Shown: positions 36,319 through 45,199 of the stretch, one piece after another
Layout: each line of letters begins with the position of its first letter
Numbering within the stretch: position 1 is the first letter of the stretch
Assembly (NCBI GenBank): GCA_964577355.1
Contig: CAZNYV010000002.1
Span: forward strand, 1-57,980
DNA from: an uncultured Campylobacteraceae bacterium
GTDB lineage: Bacteria; Campylobacterota; Campylobacteria; Campylobacterales; UBA6016
Length of the DNA: 57,980 nt
Reading direction: 5' to 3'
Notes under the pieces: model-generated
Seen by the model: the letters and a program-made list of their open reading frames with translations, nothing else
Database searches by the model: none
What the model was told of the DNA's origin: nothing
Translations under genes and position numbers: made by a program

Positions 36319-36998
36319 GAACTTATATGTTGAAATATTTTGCCCTAACGACTATTCTGATTTTTTTGACAGCGTGTTCATCAAAAGGCTCGCCAGCATG
36401 GGTAACCAACGCTTCTGGCTATGTTCAAAGACTAGAACTTAGCAAACTAAACGACAGCGGTGGCTTGTCAAAAACTATCAAGAAGAAGGCTCAAAACGCT
36501 GTTTCTCAAGGTGGCAGTATCTATGATTTGCAACAAATCGAGCTAATCGATAGCGCCATGGACTGCGCAACACTGCAAGATTTAAATATGACTGGCTATG
36601 TTACTCTGAGCAAAATCGAATCATATCCAAAGCTAGAAAGTTACAAAAGGTTTATAAACGCTGAGTTTGGCAGCTCCGACATTGCTGTCCTCCCAGCAGA
36701 GTATCAAGGTGTAGCAAAAAGCATCCTAGACAAAAACTACAATCAGGCCATCAAAAACTGTATGGATATAAACGACAACATATCGAAGCTAGTCGCTCTC
36801 GGAGTGGTTGGGAAGTATGACTCTAGCAATCAAGAAATATACCAAAATATGTTGACTATAGCCAAGCAAGAAGGTTACAAAACAGTCATCCTATCTGCCT
36901 ACGAGAGGTTAGCCAATATATATGACAAAAATGCAGAACCAGCAAAAGCCGAGGATATTCGCAAGAAAATCAATGCACTAAAAACAGCTGGAAATTAA
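36315..36998 (+). CDS. hypothetical lipoprotein (helical/TPR-like C-terminus)
   Basis: 227 aa. Lipobox FLTAC|S. TTGA overlap with the mlaD stop, with ATG 36327 as an alternative start. Confidence 0.5.
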   Translation: MRTYMLKYFALTTILIFLTACSSKGSPAWVTNASGYVQRLELSKLNDSGGLSKTIKKKAQNAVSQGGSIYDLQQIELIDSAMDCATLQDLNMTGYVTLSKIESYPKLESYKRFINAEFGSSDIAVLPAEYQGVAKSILDKNYNQAIKNCMDINDNISKLVALGVVGKYDSSNQEIYQNMLTIAKQEGYKTVILSAYERLANIYDKNAEPAKAEDIRKKINALKTAGN

Positions 36999-37012
36999 AT
37001 AAACCACAAAAA

Positions 37013-37321
37013 TCAGCTAACCCCAAACTCCACTGCGGTTTTGGTGTAGAATATATTTGCCTTGCTAGTTGCCAATCTGGCAAATAGCTTCTCACAGGCG
37101 TCACCATCTGCTACAACCACAATTTCTATAGCCTCATCGACAAGCTCAAAGAAGCCAGCACTATGGCAAACTCCTTGATGGTCGTATCCTTTTTGTATAT
37201 CAAATATGCTTATTCCCTTGATACCGACAGTCCTTGTTTCTCGGAGCAAAAACTCATCAATACTAAGCCCGTCAAACCGTCTGCTTCTAACTGAGAAAAA
37301 CGATATTTTATACCCTTTCAT
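37013..37321 (-). CDS. DUF190 (PII-like) protein commonly paired with crcB
   Basis: 102 aa, immediately downstream of crcB. Its size and GIKGISIF..GYD pattern fit DUF190. Confidence 0.55.
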   Translation of the reverse strand: MKGYKISFFSVRSRRFDGLSIDEFLLRETRTVGIKGISIFDIQKGYDHQGVCHSAGFFELVDEAIEIVVVADGDACEKLFARLATSKANIFYTKTAVEFGVS

Positions 37322-37330
37322 CCATAGTCC

Positions 37331-37720
37331 TTATACAAAAAATTTGGCTAAGAGCCAAAATGTGGCTATTCCAGCCACTGTCATCAACAGCGAGCCGCCG
37401 AGATGAAGGCAGATACCAATGAGTGCCGTTGAGTATTTTGCATTTTGCAATATCGAGACTATCTCAGCCGAAAATGTAGAAAATGTTGTCAAACCGCCCA
37501 AAAAACCCGTAATAACAAGCACTCTCCACTCAGGCGAGAGATGAGAGTTCTGGGCAAAAAACGCGACGAAAAATCCAACTAGATAGCCGCCGATAAGATT
37601 CGCGCCCAGCGTTCCTAGTGGAATGCTTTCGTACAGAGGATTTAATTTGACACCCAAAAACCAGCGAAAAACAGCACCAAAAGACGAGCCAATCGAAATG
37701 GCTAAAATGGTTTTTAGCAT
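37331..37720 (-). CDS. crcB: fluoride channel CrcB/FluC
   Basis: 129 aa with 4 TM helices. [19 protein letters not shown] and [12 protein letters not shown] motifs. Confidence 0.9.
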   Translation of the reverse strand: MLKTILAISIGSSFGAVFRWFLGVKLNPLYESIPLGTLGANLIGGYLVGFFVAFFAQNSHLSPEWRVLVITGFLGGLTTFSTFSAEIVSILQNAKYSTALIGICLHLGGSLLMTVAGIATFWLLAKFFV

Positions 37721-37733
37721 TTTTCAAATACCA

Positions 37734-40112
37734 TCAATACAGCTTTGGTTTTAGTTCAAAATCAAAAAACTGCGAGGTATATACATCTTTTATCTGCTTG
37801 TAGCTTCCTGATGCCACTTTTAGACTTCCAGCCTCTTGATAAAGCATTCCGAGGATATATAATGACTCTGGGTTGAGTTTTTCTGCCATTTTGGAAAGTT
37901 CAAAAAACGATATAGCCTCAGCAGTTTTGCCAGATGCAATCGCAGAGGTACCAGCATAAAAGAGTATTTCAGGATTGAGATTATCGTTTTTGAAAATTAC
38001 CTCACTCAAACCCTTGTTGGCTTCATCAAACTTTTTCATAAATACTTTTGACACAGACCAAGCTTTGAGCAGTTGAACCCTATCATATTGTTCAGTCCTC
38101 AGCTTTTCATCAAACAGTTGCTCAGCAATATACACCAGACCCGATATTCTTGCTAAATTTATATATGTTCGATACGCTATATCTGGACCGTAAAAAATAC
38201 TGTTCTTATCGTAGTCACCCCTCAGCATAAAGCTTTGAACTTTTTTTGCAAATGTCTTCACATCCTTGCCGTTATCAGCCAAATGGAGTCCAATTGCAGA
38301 GGCCACAATATCTTTTGGAGATTGTCTAAGCAGTGCATTGGAAAACTCTATAGCTGATTGCATCTTATTTGTTTTGAGTGCAAGCATAACTGCAATAGCA
38401 CAAGCAAAAGGACTTTTCTTTTCGCTCTTTAACATCCATTCAGTATTTCCATATGTGGCATCAGTAGCTATGTTGTACAGCATAGTTATCTCGTCCATCT
38501 TACCTGTTGTTTTTTGTTCTGTAAAGTGCTCATCAAGAGGTATCTTTATCTTCTCAAAGTCTATTCCCATCTCTTTTGCAGTTATGATGGCAAAGATACC
38601 CGCCTCAGGATTCCTTTGGTCGAGATTGTATGAGCGAGTGAAATATTTGTTGGCAAGCCTCATATCGCCAAGCTGAGCATATGTGAGAGCTAGATTGTAA
38701 AGCAAAATAGAGTGTGTTTGATATTGCTTCTCAAGGGCTTTAAATGTTTTGTTTGCGAGCCAGACTCGCCCATTTATCGCATACTCTATCCCTCTGACTA
38801 TTTCTGCATTTGCCCTTGATGTTTTAGCTGCACCCGATAGATATTCCGCGCCACCCTTGTTATCGTTTATCAAGATACCAGCTTGACCTTTTTTTATAGA
38901 TGCAATCGACTTATCAGGGTTGAATAGTTTGAAAGGAGCATAATAAAATAGAATTTGATTTTGGGTCTTGGAGTCATACAAAAATTCACTAGCTAGCTTT
39001 TGTTGTACCGCATCGCTATCAAATGCAGACGAGCGCAGCACCACCTTGATTGGATACATATTTGTGGCATTTATTTCTGACACACCCACAGATTCTGTAA
39101 TAGCATTTGAGGCACTTACACAGGCACCTGTCTTGAGATATATAAGAGCCAAAGCCATATTTGTTTTGACACTATCCGCCCCATCTCCAAGCGCCTTAAC
39201 GAGAGATTGCTCTGCATCAATATATCTACCATCTCTCGCGTAAAGCAAGCCTTGCGCTAGGTTGTCTTTATTTTTGATTTTTAATAAATAGTCGAGACTA
39301 TTTATAGGGTCATCGTGTATCAGATAAAGTCTCGGAGCCAATTGCCCAACTTCTTTGTCAAAATAATTTGAAGTTTTGGCATTTATTGAAGCTAGTGCCT
39401 CAAAATAGTTGCCACTATAGTACTGTAGCAATGTATAGTAGTACGAATATAGCGGGGATGAGACATATTTTGGAAGTGCTTGCTCTGCCAGTTCCAAGAA
39501 GTGCTCTTTTTGTTTTTTGTCTCCGAGCTTGATAGCACACAATGTTGCGTTTATAGCCGCAGGAAATTCGTTATCTCCGTTTTCTAGTGAAACTTTAAAA
39601 TATGTAATGGCACTAGAATAATCTTTCTCATTCATCTTTGCTACACCGAGGTTATAGCTAGAAATGGACTCATTAAACATTGATATTTCTTTGTAAAGCT
39701 TGAGCGCATTTTCCTTGTCGCCACTGTCATAGAGAGCTTTTGCTTTTTTTATCAATCTTTCGATGTCATTTCTATCGTATGCCACTCTTTTTGCAGCTTG
39801 ATCTTGCGAATAGCTTTTACCACCAAACAGCAGCCCTGTGGCTGTTGAGTTATCATCTTGCGCTCTATGCGACACGAGATAGACAGTGAATACTATCGCC
39901 GCGATAAGCATAACAACAGCGCCAGCCAACAATATAATATTTTTTCTATCTAGTTTAAATGTAAATTTTGGTTCCTTTGCTGACTCACCTTCTGAAGTTG
40001 TCGTAGCCGAAGCAGTCCCGCCCTCTTGTTTTTGCTCTTTTGTAGGCTTGATGTCGAGGTTCAATCCTCCATCATCATCGCCTTCTACAATTACAACTTC
40101 TTCTTCTGCCAT
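37734..40112 (-). CDS. membrane-anchored TPR-repeat protein, PflB-like by architecture and synteny
   Basis: 792 aa. Acidic N-terminus, one TM helix (IILLAGAVVMLIAAIVFTVYLV), then TPR-like repeats throughout. Lies directly downstream of serS, which as I recall is where pflB sits in Campylobacter jejuni. Confidence 0.45.
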   Translation of the reverse strand: MAEEEVVIVEGDDDGGLNLDIKPTKEQKQEGGTASATTTSEGESAKEPKFTFKLDRKNIILLAGAVVMLIAAIVFTVYLVSHRAQDDNSTATGLLFGGKSYSQDQAAKRVAYDRNDIERLIKKAKALYDSGDKENALKLYKEISMFNESISSYNLGVAKMNEKDYSSAITYFKVSLENGDNEFPAAINATLCAIKLGDKKQKEHFLELAEQALPKYVSSPLYSYYYTLLQYYSGNYFEALASINAKTSNYFDKEVGQLAPRLYLIHDDPINSLDYLLKIKNKDNLAQGLLYARDGRYIDAEQSLVKALGDGADSVKTNMALALIYLKTGACVSASNAITESVGVSEINATNMYPIKVVLRSSAFDSDAVQQKLASEFLYDSKTQNQILFYYAPFKLFNPDKSIASIKKGQAGILINDNKGGAEYLSGAAKTSRANAEIVRGIEYAINGRVWLANKTFKALEKQYQTHSILLYNLALTYAQLGDMRLANKYFTRSYNLDQRNPEAGIFAIITAKEMGIDFEKIKIPLDEHFTEQKTTGKMDEITMLYNIATDATYGNTEWMLKSEKKSPFACAIAVMLALKTNKMQSAIEFSNALLRQSPKDIVASAIGLHLADNGKDVKTFAKKVQSFMLRGDYDKNSIFYGPDIAYRTYINLARISGLVYIAEQLFDEKLRTEQYDRVQLLKAWSVSKVFMKKFDEANKGLSEVIFKNDNLNPEILFYAGTSAIASGKTAEAISFFELSKMAEKLNPESLYILGMLYQEAGSLKVASGSYKQIKDVYTSQFFDFELKPKLY

Positions 40113-40121
40113 CTGCTCTGT

Positions 40122-41375
40122 CTATAAATACTTTTTGAGTGTTGCTGGAATAGTAATACTACCATCAGCATTTTGGAAATTTTCCATAATAGCAACAATC
40201 GTTCTACCGACCGCAAGGCTTGAGCCGTTTAGTGTGTGGACTAGTCTGTTTGACTTTTCATCTTTGTATCTGATTTTGGCACGCCTTGCTTGGAAGTCAC
40301 CACAATTTGAGATGGAGCTGATTTCTCTGTATTTATCCTGAGAAGGTATCCAAACCTCGATGTCTATGGTTTTTGCTGCACTAAACCCCATGTCTCCACC
40401 ACAAAGAGTGAGCAGTCTATGCGCAAGACCTAGTTCTTTTAACATGTCTGACGCGCAAGCCACCATCTCATCGAGCATCTGCATACTCTCGTCTGGTTTT
40501 GAGATTGCAACAAGCTCTACTTTGTGGAATTGATGCTGCCTTATCATCCCTCTAGTATCTCGCCCAGCACTTCCTGCCTCTTTACGAAAACACGGACTAT
40601 GCGCTGTCATTTTTATAGGAAGTTGCTCATTTGGTATTATCTCATCCGCATACAGATTGGTTAGCGGCACCTCTGCGGTAGGGATCAGAAACAGCCTCCT
40701 CTCGTCAGCTGCACTCACCTCAAACAAATCTTCTTCAAATTTCGGTAGCTGCCCAGTTCCTCGCATCGTGTCTTCATTGACTATAAAAGGCACAGATGTC
40801 ACTTCAAAGCCTCGTTTTTCGTTAAAATCAAGCATAAAATTTATTAGCGCTCGCTCTAATTTTGCACCATCTTTATGCAGTGTAACAAATCTACTTTTGG
40901 ATAGTTTTGCACCTTTTTCAAAGCTCAACCATCCAAGACTCTCGCCTAGTTCTACATGGTCTTTTACTGCAAAATCAAAACTAGGAGGAGTCAGGACTTT
41001 TGCCATCTCGACATTGTCATCCTCATCTTTGCCCTCTGGCACACTATCGTGTGGAGTGTTTGGTATGGTTAGGGCAAATTTTTCCAAATCCTCCTCAATG
41101 ACCGCAAATGCTTTCTCTTTGAGTGCTATCTCTTCTTTGAGTGTGTCGAGCAGCGTTTTTAGCTCGGTCGTATCTTTGCCCTCTTTTTTGTAAATCGGGA
41201 ATAGTTTGCTCTTTTCGTTTTGCTCCGCCCTCATCTCTTCGAGCTGTTGTTTTTGGGTTTTTGCTGTTGAAGCTAGCTCCCTTAGTGTATCTAGGAGGCC
41301 TACATCCAGATGTCTTTTGCCTAGTGCTTTTGCAGTAGTATCAAAATCATTTTGAAGCGATTTCAGGTCTAACAA
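40122..41375 (-). CDS. serS: seryl-tRNA synthetase
   Basis: 417 aa with a TTG start. N-terminal coiled-coil arm and class II motifs ([30 protein letters not shown]). Confidence 0.92.
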   Translation of the reverse strand: MLDLKSLQNDFDTTAKALGKRHLDVGLLDTLRELASTAKTQKQQLEEMRAEQNEKSKLFPIYKKEGKDTTELKTLLDTLKEEIALKEKAFAVIEEDLEKFALTIPNTPHDSVPEGKDEDDNVEMAKVLTPPSFDFAVKDHVELGESLGWLSFEKGAKLSKSRFVTLHKDGAKLERALINFMLDFNEKRGFEVTSVPFIVNEDTMRGTGQLPKFEEDLFEVSAADERRLFLIPTAEVPLTNLYADEIIPNEQLPIKMTAHSPCFRKEAGSAGRDTRGMIRQHQFHKVELVAISKPDESMQMLDEMVACASDMLKELGLAHRLLTLCGGDMGFSAAKTIDIEVWIPSQDKYREISSISNCGDFQARRAKIRYKDEKSNRLVHTLNGSSLAVGRTIVAIMENFQNADGSITIPATLKKYL

Positions 41376-41582
41376 TTAATAATCCTCATCTTCTATTACT
41401 TTTATCACATTTCCATTGTGTTCTGTTTTGAAACGGTGCTTTGCACAAAACTCTTCGTTGAATTTTGTAACCAAATCGTGCGCTTTTGTCTGCGCCGCAT
41501 CCAATGTATCAAACTCATACTCAGGCGCCAATCCACTTTTTGTAAAGCACCCACATTTTTTTATAACTTCTACTTTGTACAT
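41376..41582 (-). CDS. small hypothetical protein (68 aa, CxC..C)
   Basis: Its stop abuts the serS start codon. MYKVEVIKKCGCFTKSG..FCAKHRF. I recognise no family. Confidence 0.45.
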   Translation of the reverse strand: MYKVEVIKKCGCFTKSGLAPEYEFDTLDAAQTKAHDLVTKFNEEFCAKHRFKTEHNGNVIKVIEDEDY

Positions 41583-41591
41583 ATACGCCCT

Positions 41592-42488
41592 TTAGATTTC
41601 TGATTGAGATTTTGAAAGCAAGAAATATACCGCTCCAAGCGATAGCGTTGTCGCCGTCAACACAAGTATTGTCTCCACTTGATGAGATAGCGAAGCTATC
41701 AATATCTCTCTAATACAAGCTGCAAGACCTACCGCAACGAAGCTTTTGACGGCAAATTTGTTCCCTTTTGTATGTTTGAGCCCTTCTTGAATCAGCTCAC
41801 TAACCGACCACAATATCAACAAGTCGCCCAGTATTTTTACAATATATTTGTTCGCCTCATAAGGCTCTAGGAAAATATTTGCGATTTCACCAAGCAAGAA
41901 ACCTATAGCCACAACAGCGATAAAAGCCAATATTATGACTAGCGTAGTATCTAGCATAAATGCAAACCGATTAATACCGCTGATGATGTTTTTTTGGATT
42001 TTAGAACTAGCGAAATATTGCCTAAGCTCTTCTTGTCTGTACGACGAACTTATCATATCGAGATTCATATCGAGCAGTTTTGACATCGAAGCGCGGATGG
42101 CATCCCTAGTCACCCTGTCGTGAAATGAGTCAGAAATGCACTCATTGAGATAATCCCTGACAAACGAAATCGCGCTATTGACATAGTGTGGCTCAAGCCC
42201 TATTTTTACATGAGTAAGACCCACTTTGAATAGCATTCGCATATAGTCTTCGTCATATTTGCCAGTAAAAAGCATCATGAACCAGCCAGCGACTTTTTCT
42301 TTGTGCTCTATCAGCACATCTTCATTGCTAAGGAACTTGCCGACATCATCAAAAGTATGTATAAACTCATAAAATTTATTGCTAAAATCACTACACTTTT
42401 TGGTCGCAAAAGGAGCTAATTTCAACATATTTTCCTCGTCAATATGCGTCCATCTATAATGTTTTTTGAGTGCCATCAGTTCCGTCAT
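41592..42488 (-). CDS. protoglobin (globin-coupled-sensor) domain fused to PsiE-like 4-TM domain
   Basis: 298 aa. N-terminus HYRWTHIDEENMLKLAPF..FYEFIHTFDDV..HKEKVAGWFMMLFTGKYDEDYMRMLFKVGLTHVKIGLEPHYVNSAISFVRDYL is a protoglobin pattern. The C-terminal TM bundle carries LWSVSELIQEGLK (PsiE-like). Confidence 0.6.
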   Translation of the reverse strand: MTELMALKKHYRWTHIDEENMLKLAPFATKKCSDFSNKFYEFIHTFDDVGKFLSNEDVLIEHKEKVAGWFMMLFTGKYDEDYMRMLFKVGLTHVKIGLEPHYVNSAISFVRDYLNECISDSFHDRVTRDAIRASMSKLLDMNLDMISSSYRQEELRQYFASSKIQKNIISGINRFAFMLDTTLVIILAFIAVVAIGFLLGEIANIFLEPYEANKYIVKILGDLLILWSVSELIQEGLKHTKGNKFAVKSFVAVGLAACIREILIASLSHQVETILVLTATTLSLGAVYFLLSKSQSEI

Positions 42489-43450
42489 CTGAGTATCCCC
42501 ACTGCTGTTCTTATTTTTTCGACTGTATCTGCTGATTTTTCTCTAGCCTTGTTAGCGCCAAATTTTAGCACATCCAGTACTTCATCGGTATGTGATAGAT
42601 AGTGCTCACGCTTCGCACGGAATGGAGCAAAGTATTCCCAAATCCGCTCACCAAGCTCTTTTTTGTACACACCATAGCCCTCGCCACCTTTTGCATATCT
42701 TGCTTTTAGGTCGTGTAGTTCATCCGCATTCATAAACAGTTTTGCTATGGCAAAGATATTGCAGGTGTCTGGATTTTTTGGCTCTTCTACTGCCGTCGAG
42801 TCTGTGACTATTTTGTTCACTCTTTTTTTGAGTGATTTTTCATCATCGAACATATCTATCGTATTGCCATAGCTTTTGGACATTTTAGCACCATCCAGCC
42901 CTGGTACTGTTGCAACATTGTCATCAATAACCGCCACTGGAAGCTGGAATATCTCGCTATACTGGTTATTGAATTTGATGGCAATATCTCTCGCCATCTC
43001 TACATGCTGGATCTGGTCTTTGCCAACTGGCACTTTGTCGGCATTGAATATCAAAATATCTGCTGCCATCAGCACGGGATAGCTAAAAAGCCCATGATTT
43101 GCCGCTATGCCTTTGGCTGTTTTGTCCTTGTAGCTATGTGCCCGCTCTAGTAGCCCCATCGGTGTAAAGTTGGAAAGTATCCAATAAAGCTCAAGCACTT
43201 CTGGCATATCTGATTGGAGCCAAAATGTTGATTTGTTCGGGTCGATGCCAAGGGAGAGCATATTTATCGCGGCATTTAGCGAGTTGTCGCGAAGCTTTTG
43301 CCCGTCCGAGAGGCTTGTCATCGCATGATAATTGACGATAAAACAAAACAGCTCGCCACTATCTTGGCTCTCCACCATGCGCTTTATCATGCCAAAGTAG
43401 TTGCCTATGTGAAGTTCGCCTGATGGCTGTATTCCTGAGAGTATTTTCAT
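42485..43450 (-). CDS. trpS: tryptophanyl-tRNA synthetase
   Basis: 321 aa. GIQPSGELHIGNY (HIGH) and KMSKS motifs. Confidence 0.93.
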   Translation of the reverse strand: MKILSGIQPSGELHIGNYFGMIKRMVESQDSGELFCFIVNYHAMTSLSDGQKLRDNSLNAAINMLSLGIDPNKSTFWLQSDMPEVLELYWILSNFTPMGLLERAHSYKDKTAKGIAANHGLFSYPVLMAADILIFNADKVPVGKDQIQHVEMARDIAIKFNNQYSEIFQLPVAVIDDNVATVPGLDGAKMSKSYGNTIDMFDDEKSLKKRVNKIVTDSTAVEEPKNPDTCNIFAIAKLFMNADELHDLKARYAKGGEGYGVYKKELGERIWEYFAPFRAKREHYLSHTDEVLDVLKFGANKAREKSADTVEKIRTAVGILR

Positions 43451-43579
43451 AATTTATTTTTTCCGTGATTTATTTGCAGATTTGAAGTGCAAATTATACT
43501 ATGGAGTTCTAAAAAGGCAGATAGAACAATCGAGTGTTGATTTAGGCTATAATCTCCAAAACAACACAAGGCTTCTATC

Positions 43580-44494
43580 ATGTCACAACACCCAACACTT
43601 CTTGCGCAATTCCGCTCATTTTGTTTTCAAAACAAAGCTGATGACCTCGAAAAAGCGATAGAGTTGTTCGCGGTTTTTGGTGGAACTGGATGGCGCGTGG
43701 ATATGACAAAAGAGCTAGATGAACTTATAGAGACAAAAATCCTAGCCAACTACCGATACATACATGCCGACATCGCGAAAATCACCCAAAGTAACAAAAA
43801 TCATCATGCGCTACTCTCAGCACTAGCGACTGGAGATAGGCGCGAGCACTCAGCATTCAAAAGAGCTAGCCTCTCACGAAAAGACGGGGAAGAGTCGGCG
43901 GGGTTTCTGATTGACGCAGGATTGCTTTATCACGAGGCATCTCAAGAGGCGCCAGCTGATGAAAATGAGGAAGTCTCTGGCAGACTGCTTTTTGTGACAC
44001 CATTTATGCGTTTTTGGTTTGCTACGATTTCACCATATTACAAGGGTGTCAGAGATGGCAATTATGCCGAAGTCAAAGAGCATTGGAGCAATACGAAGCA
44101 GGAGTTCGTGAGTCAAATCTATGAAGGGCTTGTCATGGCGCTTGTACAAAAAGCTTTTGCGGAAGATACATTCAAAAGCATCGGTTCATACTGGGACAAA
44201 AGTGTGGAAATAGAGATATTGGGACAGACAAAATCAGGCAAAATCGTAGCTGGTGCGTGTAAATATTCCAAAGCCAAAGCCAACAAATCAGAGCTAACCA
44301 AGCTCCAAGAAAAGTGCGCAAAAGCAAAACTAAGCCCTGACACCTTTGTCATCTTCTCCAAAGGTGGATTTTCTAGCGAATTCAAAAAAGAAAAAGGTGA
44401 GGATTTGCGACTTTTTGCACTCAAAAATCTAAAAACATTGACAGAAGCGATGAGCGAAAAAGATATTTTGGTCACTACAAACAAGAAATATTGA
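43580..44494 (+). CDS. DUF234-type protein lacking the usual N-terminal P-loop ATPase module
   Basis: 304 aa. wHTH-like LLSALATGDRREHSAF..FLIDAGLL, and a C-terminal IGSYWDKSVEIEILGQTKSGKIVAGACKYSK (DUF234/nuclease-like). No Walker A. TATAAT at 43548-43553. Confidence 0.5.
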   Translation: MSQHPTLLAQFRSFCFQNKADDLEKAIELFAVFGGTGWRVDMTKELDELIETKILANYRYIHADIAKITQSNKNHHALLSALATGDRREHSAFKRASLSRKDGEESAGFLIDAGLLYHEASQEAPADENEEVSGRLLFVTPFMRFWFATISPYYKGVRDGNYAEVKEHWSNTKQEFVSQIYEGLVMALVQKAFAEDTFKSIGSYWDKSVEIEILGQTKSGKIVAGACKYSKAKANKSELTKLQEKCAKAKLSPDTFVIFSKGGFSSEFKKEKGEDLRLFALKNLKTLTEAMSEKDILVTTNKKY

Positions 44495-44502
44495 CCATCA
44501 AA

Positions 44503-44547
44503 TATACAGAAGACTCCTCACAACCTCAAACCAAACTTCTGTATAAT
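44503..44547 (+). promoter_or_regulatory. 10-bp perfect inverted repeat (TATACAGAAG / CTTCTGTATA) overlapping a TATAAT -10 upstream of hisH
   Basis: Arms at 44503-44512 and 44536-44545. TATAAT at 44542-44547. RBS AAGGAAG at 44570-44576. Confidence 0.3.
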
Positions 44548-44584
44548 CTACCAAATAGTGTGATGTATAAAAGGAAGAATTCTC

Positions 44585-45199
44585 TTGAAAATTGCAATTT
44601 TAAACTACGGCATGGGCAACCTCAGAAGTGTCCACAACTCATGCCAAAAAGTCGGGTTTGATGCCGAGATAGTCGACAACGCCTCAAGCCTAAAAAACTA
44701 CGATAAGCTAATCTTGCCAGGTGTCGGAGCATTTCCCGACGCGGTGAGACATTTGAGAGAGAGTGGAATGTTCGATGAGGTCAAAAATCTAAGCGACAAA
44801 AAACCGCTCCTTGGCGTGTGTCTCGGGATGCAACTGCTTTTTGAGAGGGGTTTTGAGCACGAAGAGTGCGAAGGGCTTGGGCTAATATCTGGCGAAGTTG
44901 TCAAGTTTGACACGAACAAGATGAGCAAACATGAGAAAATCCCTCAAATGGGGTGGAACAAGCTGTTTTTCAAGCAAAACTCACCACTTTTGAAGGGTGT
45001 AGAAAATGAGAGCTATCTCTATTTTGTCCACTCATATCACACCGTCTGCAATAACAATTCCGACATCTTGGCTTCGACACATTATGGATATGAATTCACC
45101 AGCATGGTACAGAGAGAAAATATCTACGGCATCCAGCCACACCCTGAAAAATCGGGCGAAACTGGACTAAAAATACTAAAAAATTTCTTGGAGTTATGA
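44585..45199 (+). CDS. hisH: imidazole glycerol phosphate synthase, glutaminase subunit
   Basis: 204 aa with a TTG start. [17 protein letters not shown] (catalytic Cys), HSY, QPHPEKS. Confidence 0.92.
   Translation: MKIAILNYGMGNLRSVHNSCQKVGFDAEIVDNASSLKNYDKLILPGVGAFPDAVRHLRESGMFDEVKNLSDKKPLLGVCLGMQLLFERGFEHEECEGLGLISGEVVKFDTNKMSKHEKIPQMGWNKLFFKQNSPLLKGVENESYLYFVHSYHTVCNNNSDILASTHYGYEFTSMVQRENIYGIQPHPEKSGETGLKILKNFLEL

Noticed and set aside
37721-37733. Looked for a fluoride riboswitch (crcB motif) upstream of crcB.
   Set aside because: Only 13 nt separate crcB from the stop of the upstream TPR gene, which leaves no room for the roughly 60-nt riboswitch. crcB appears to be co-transcribed with its upstream neighbour.
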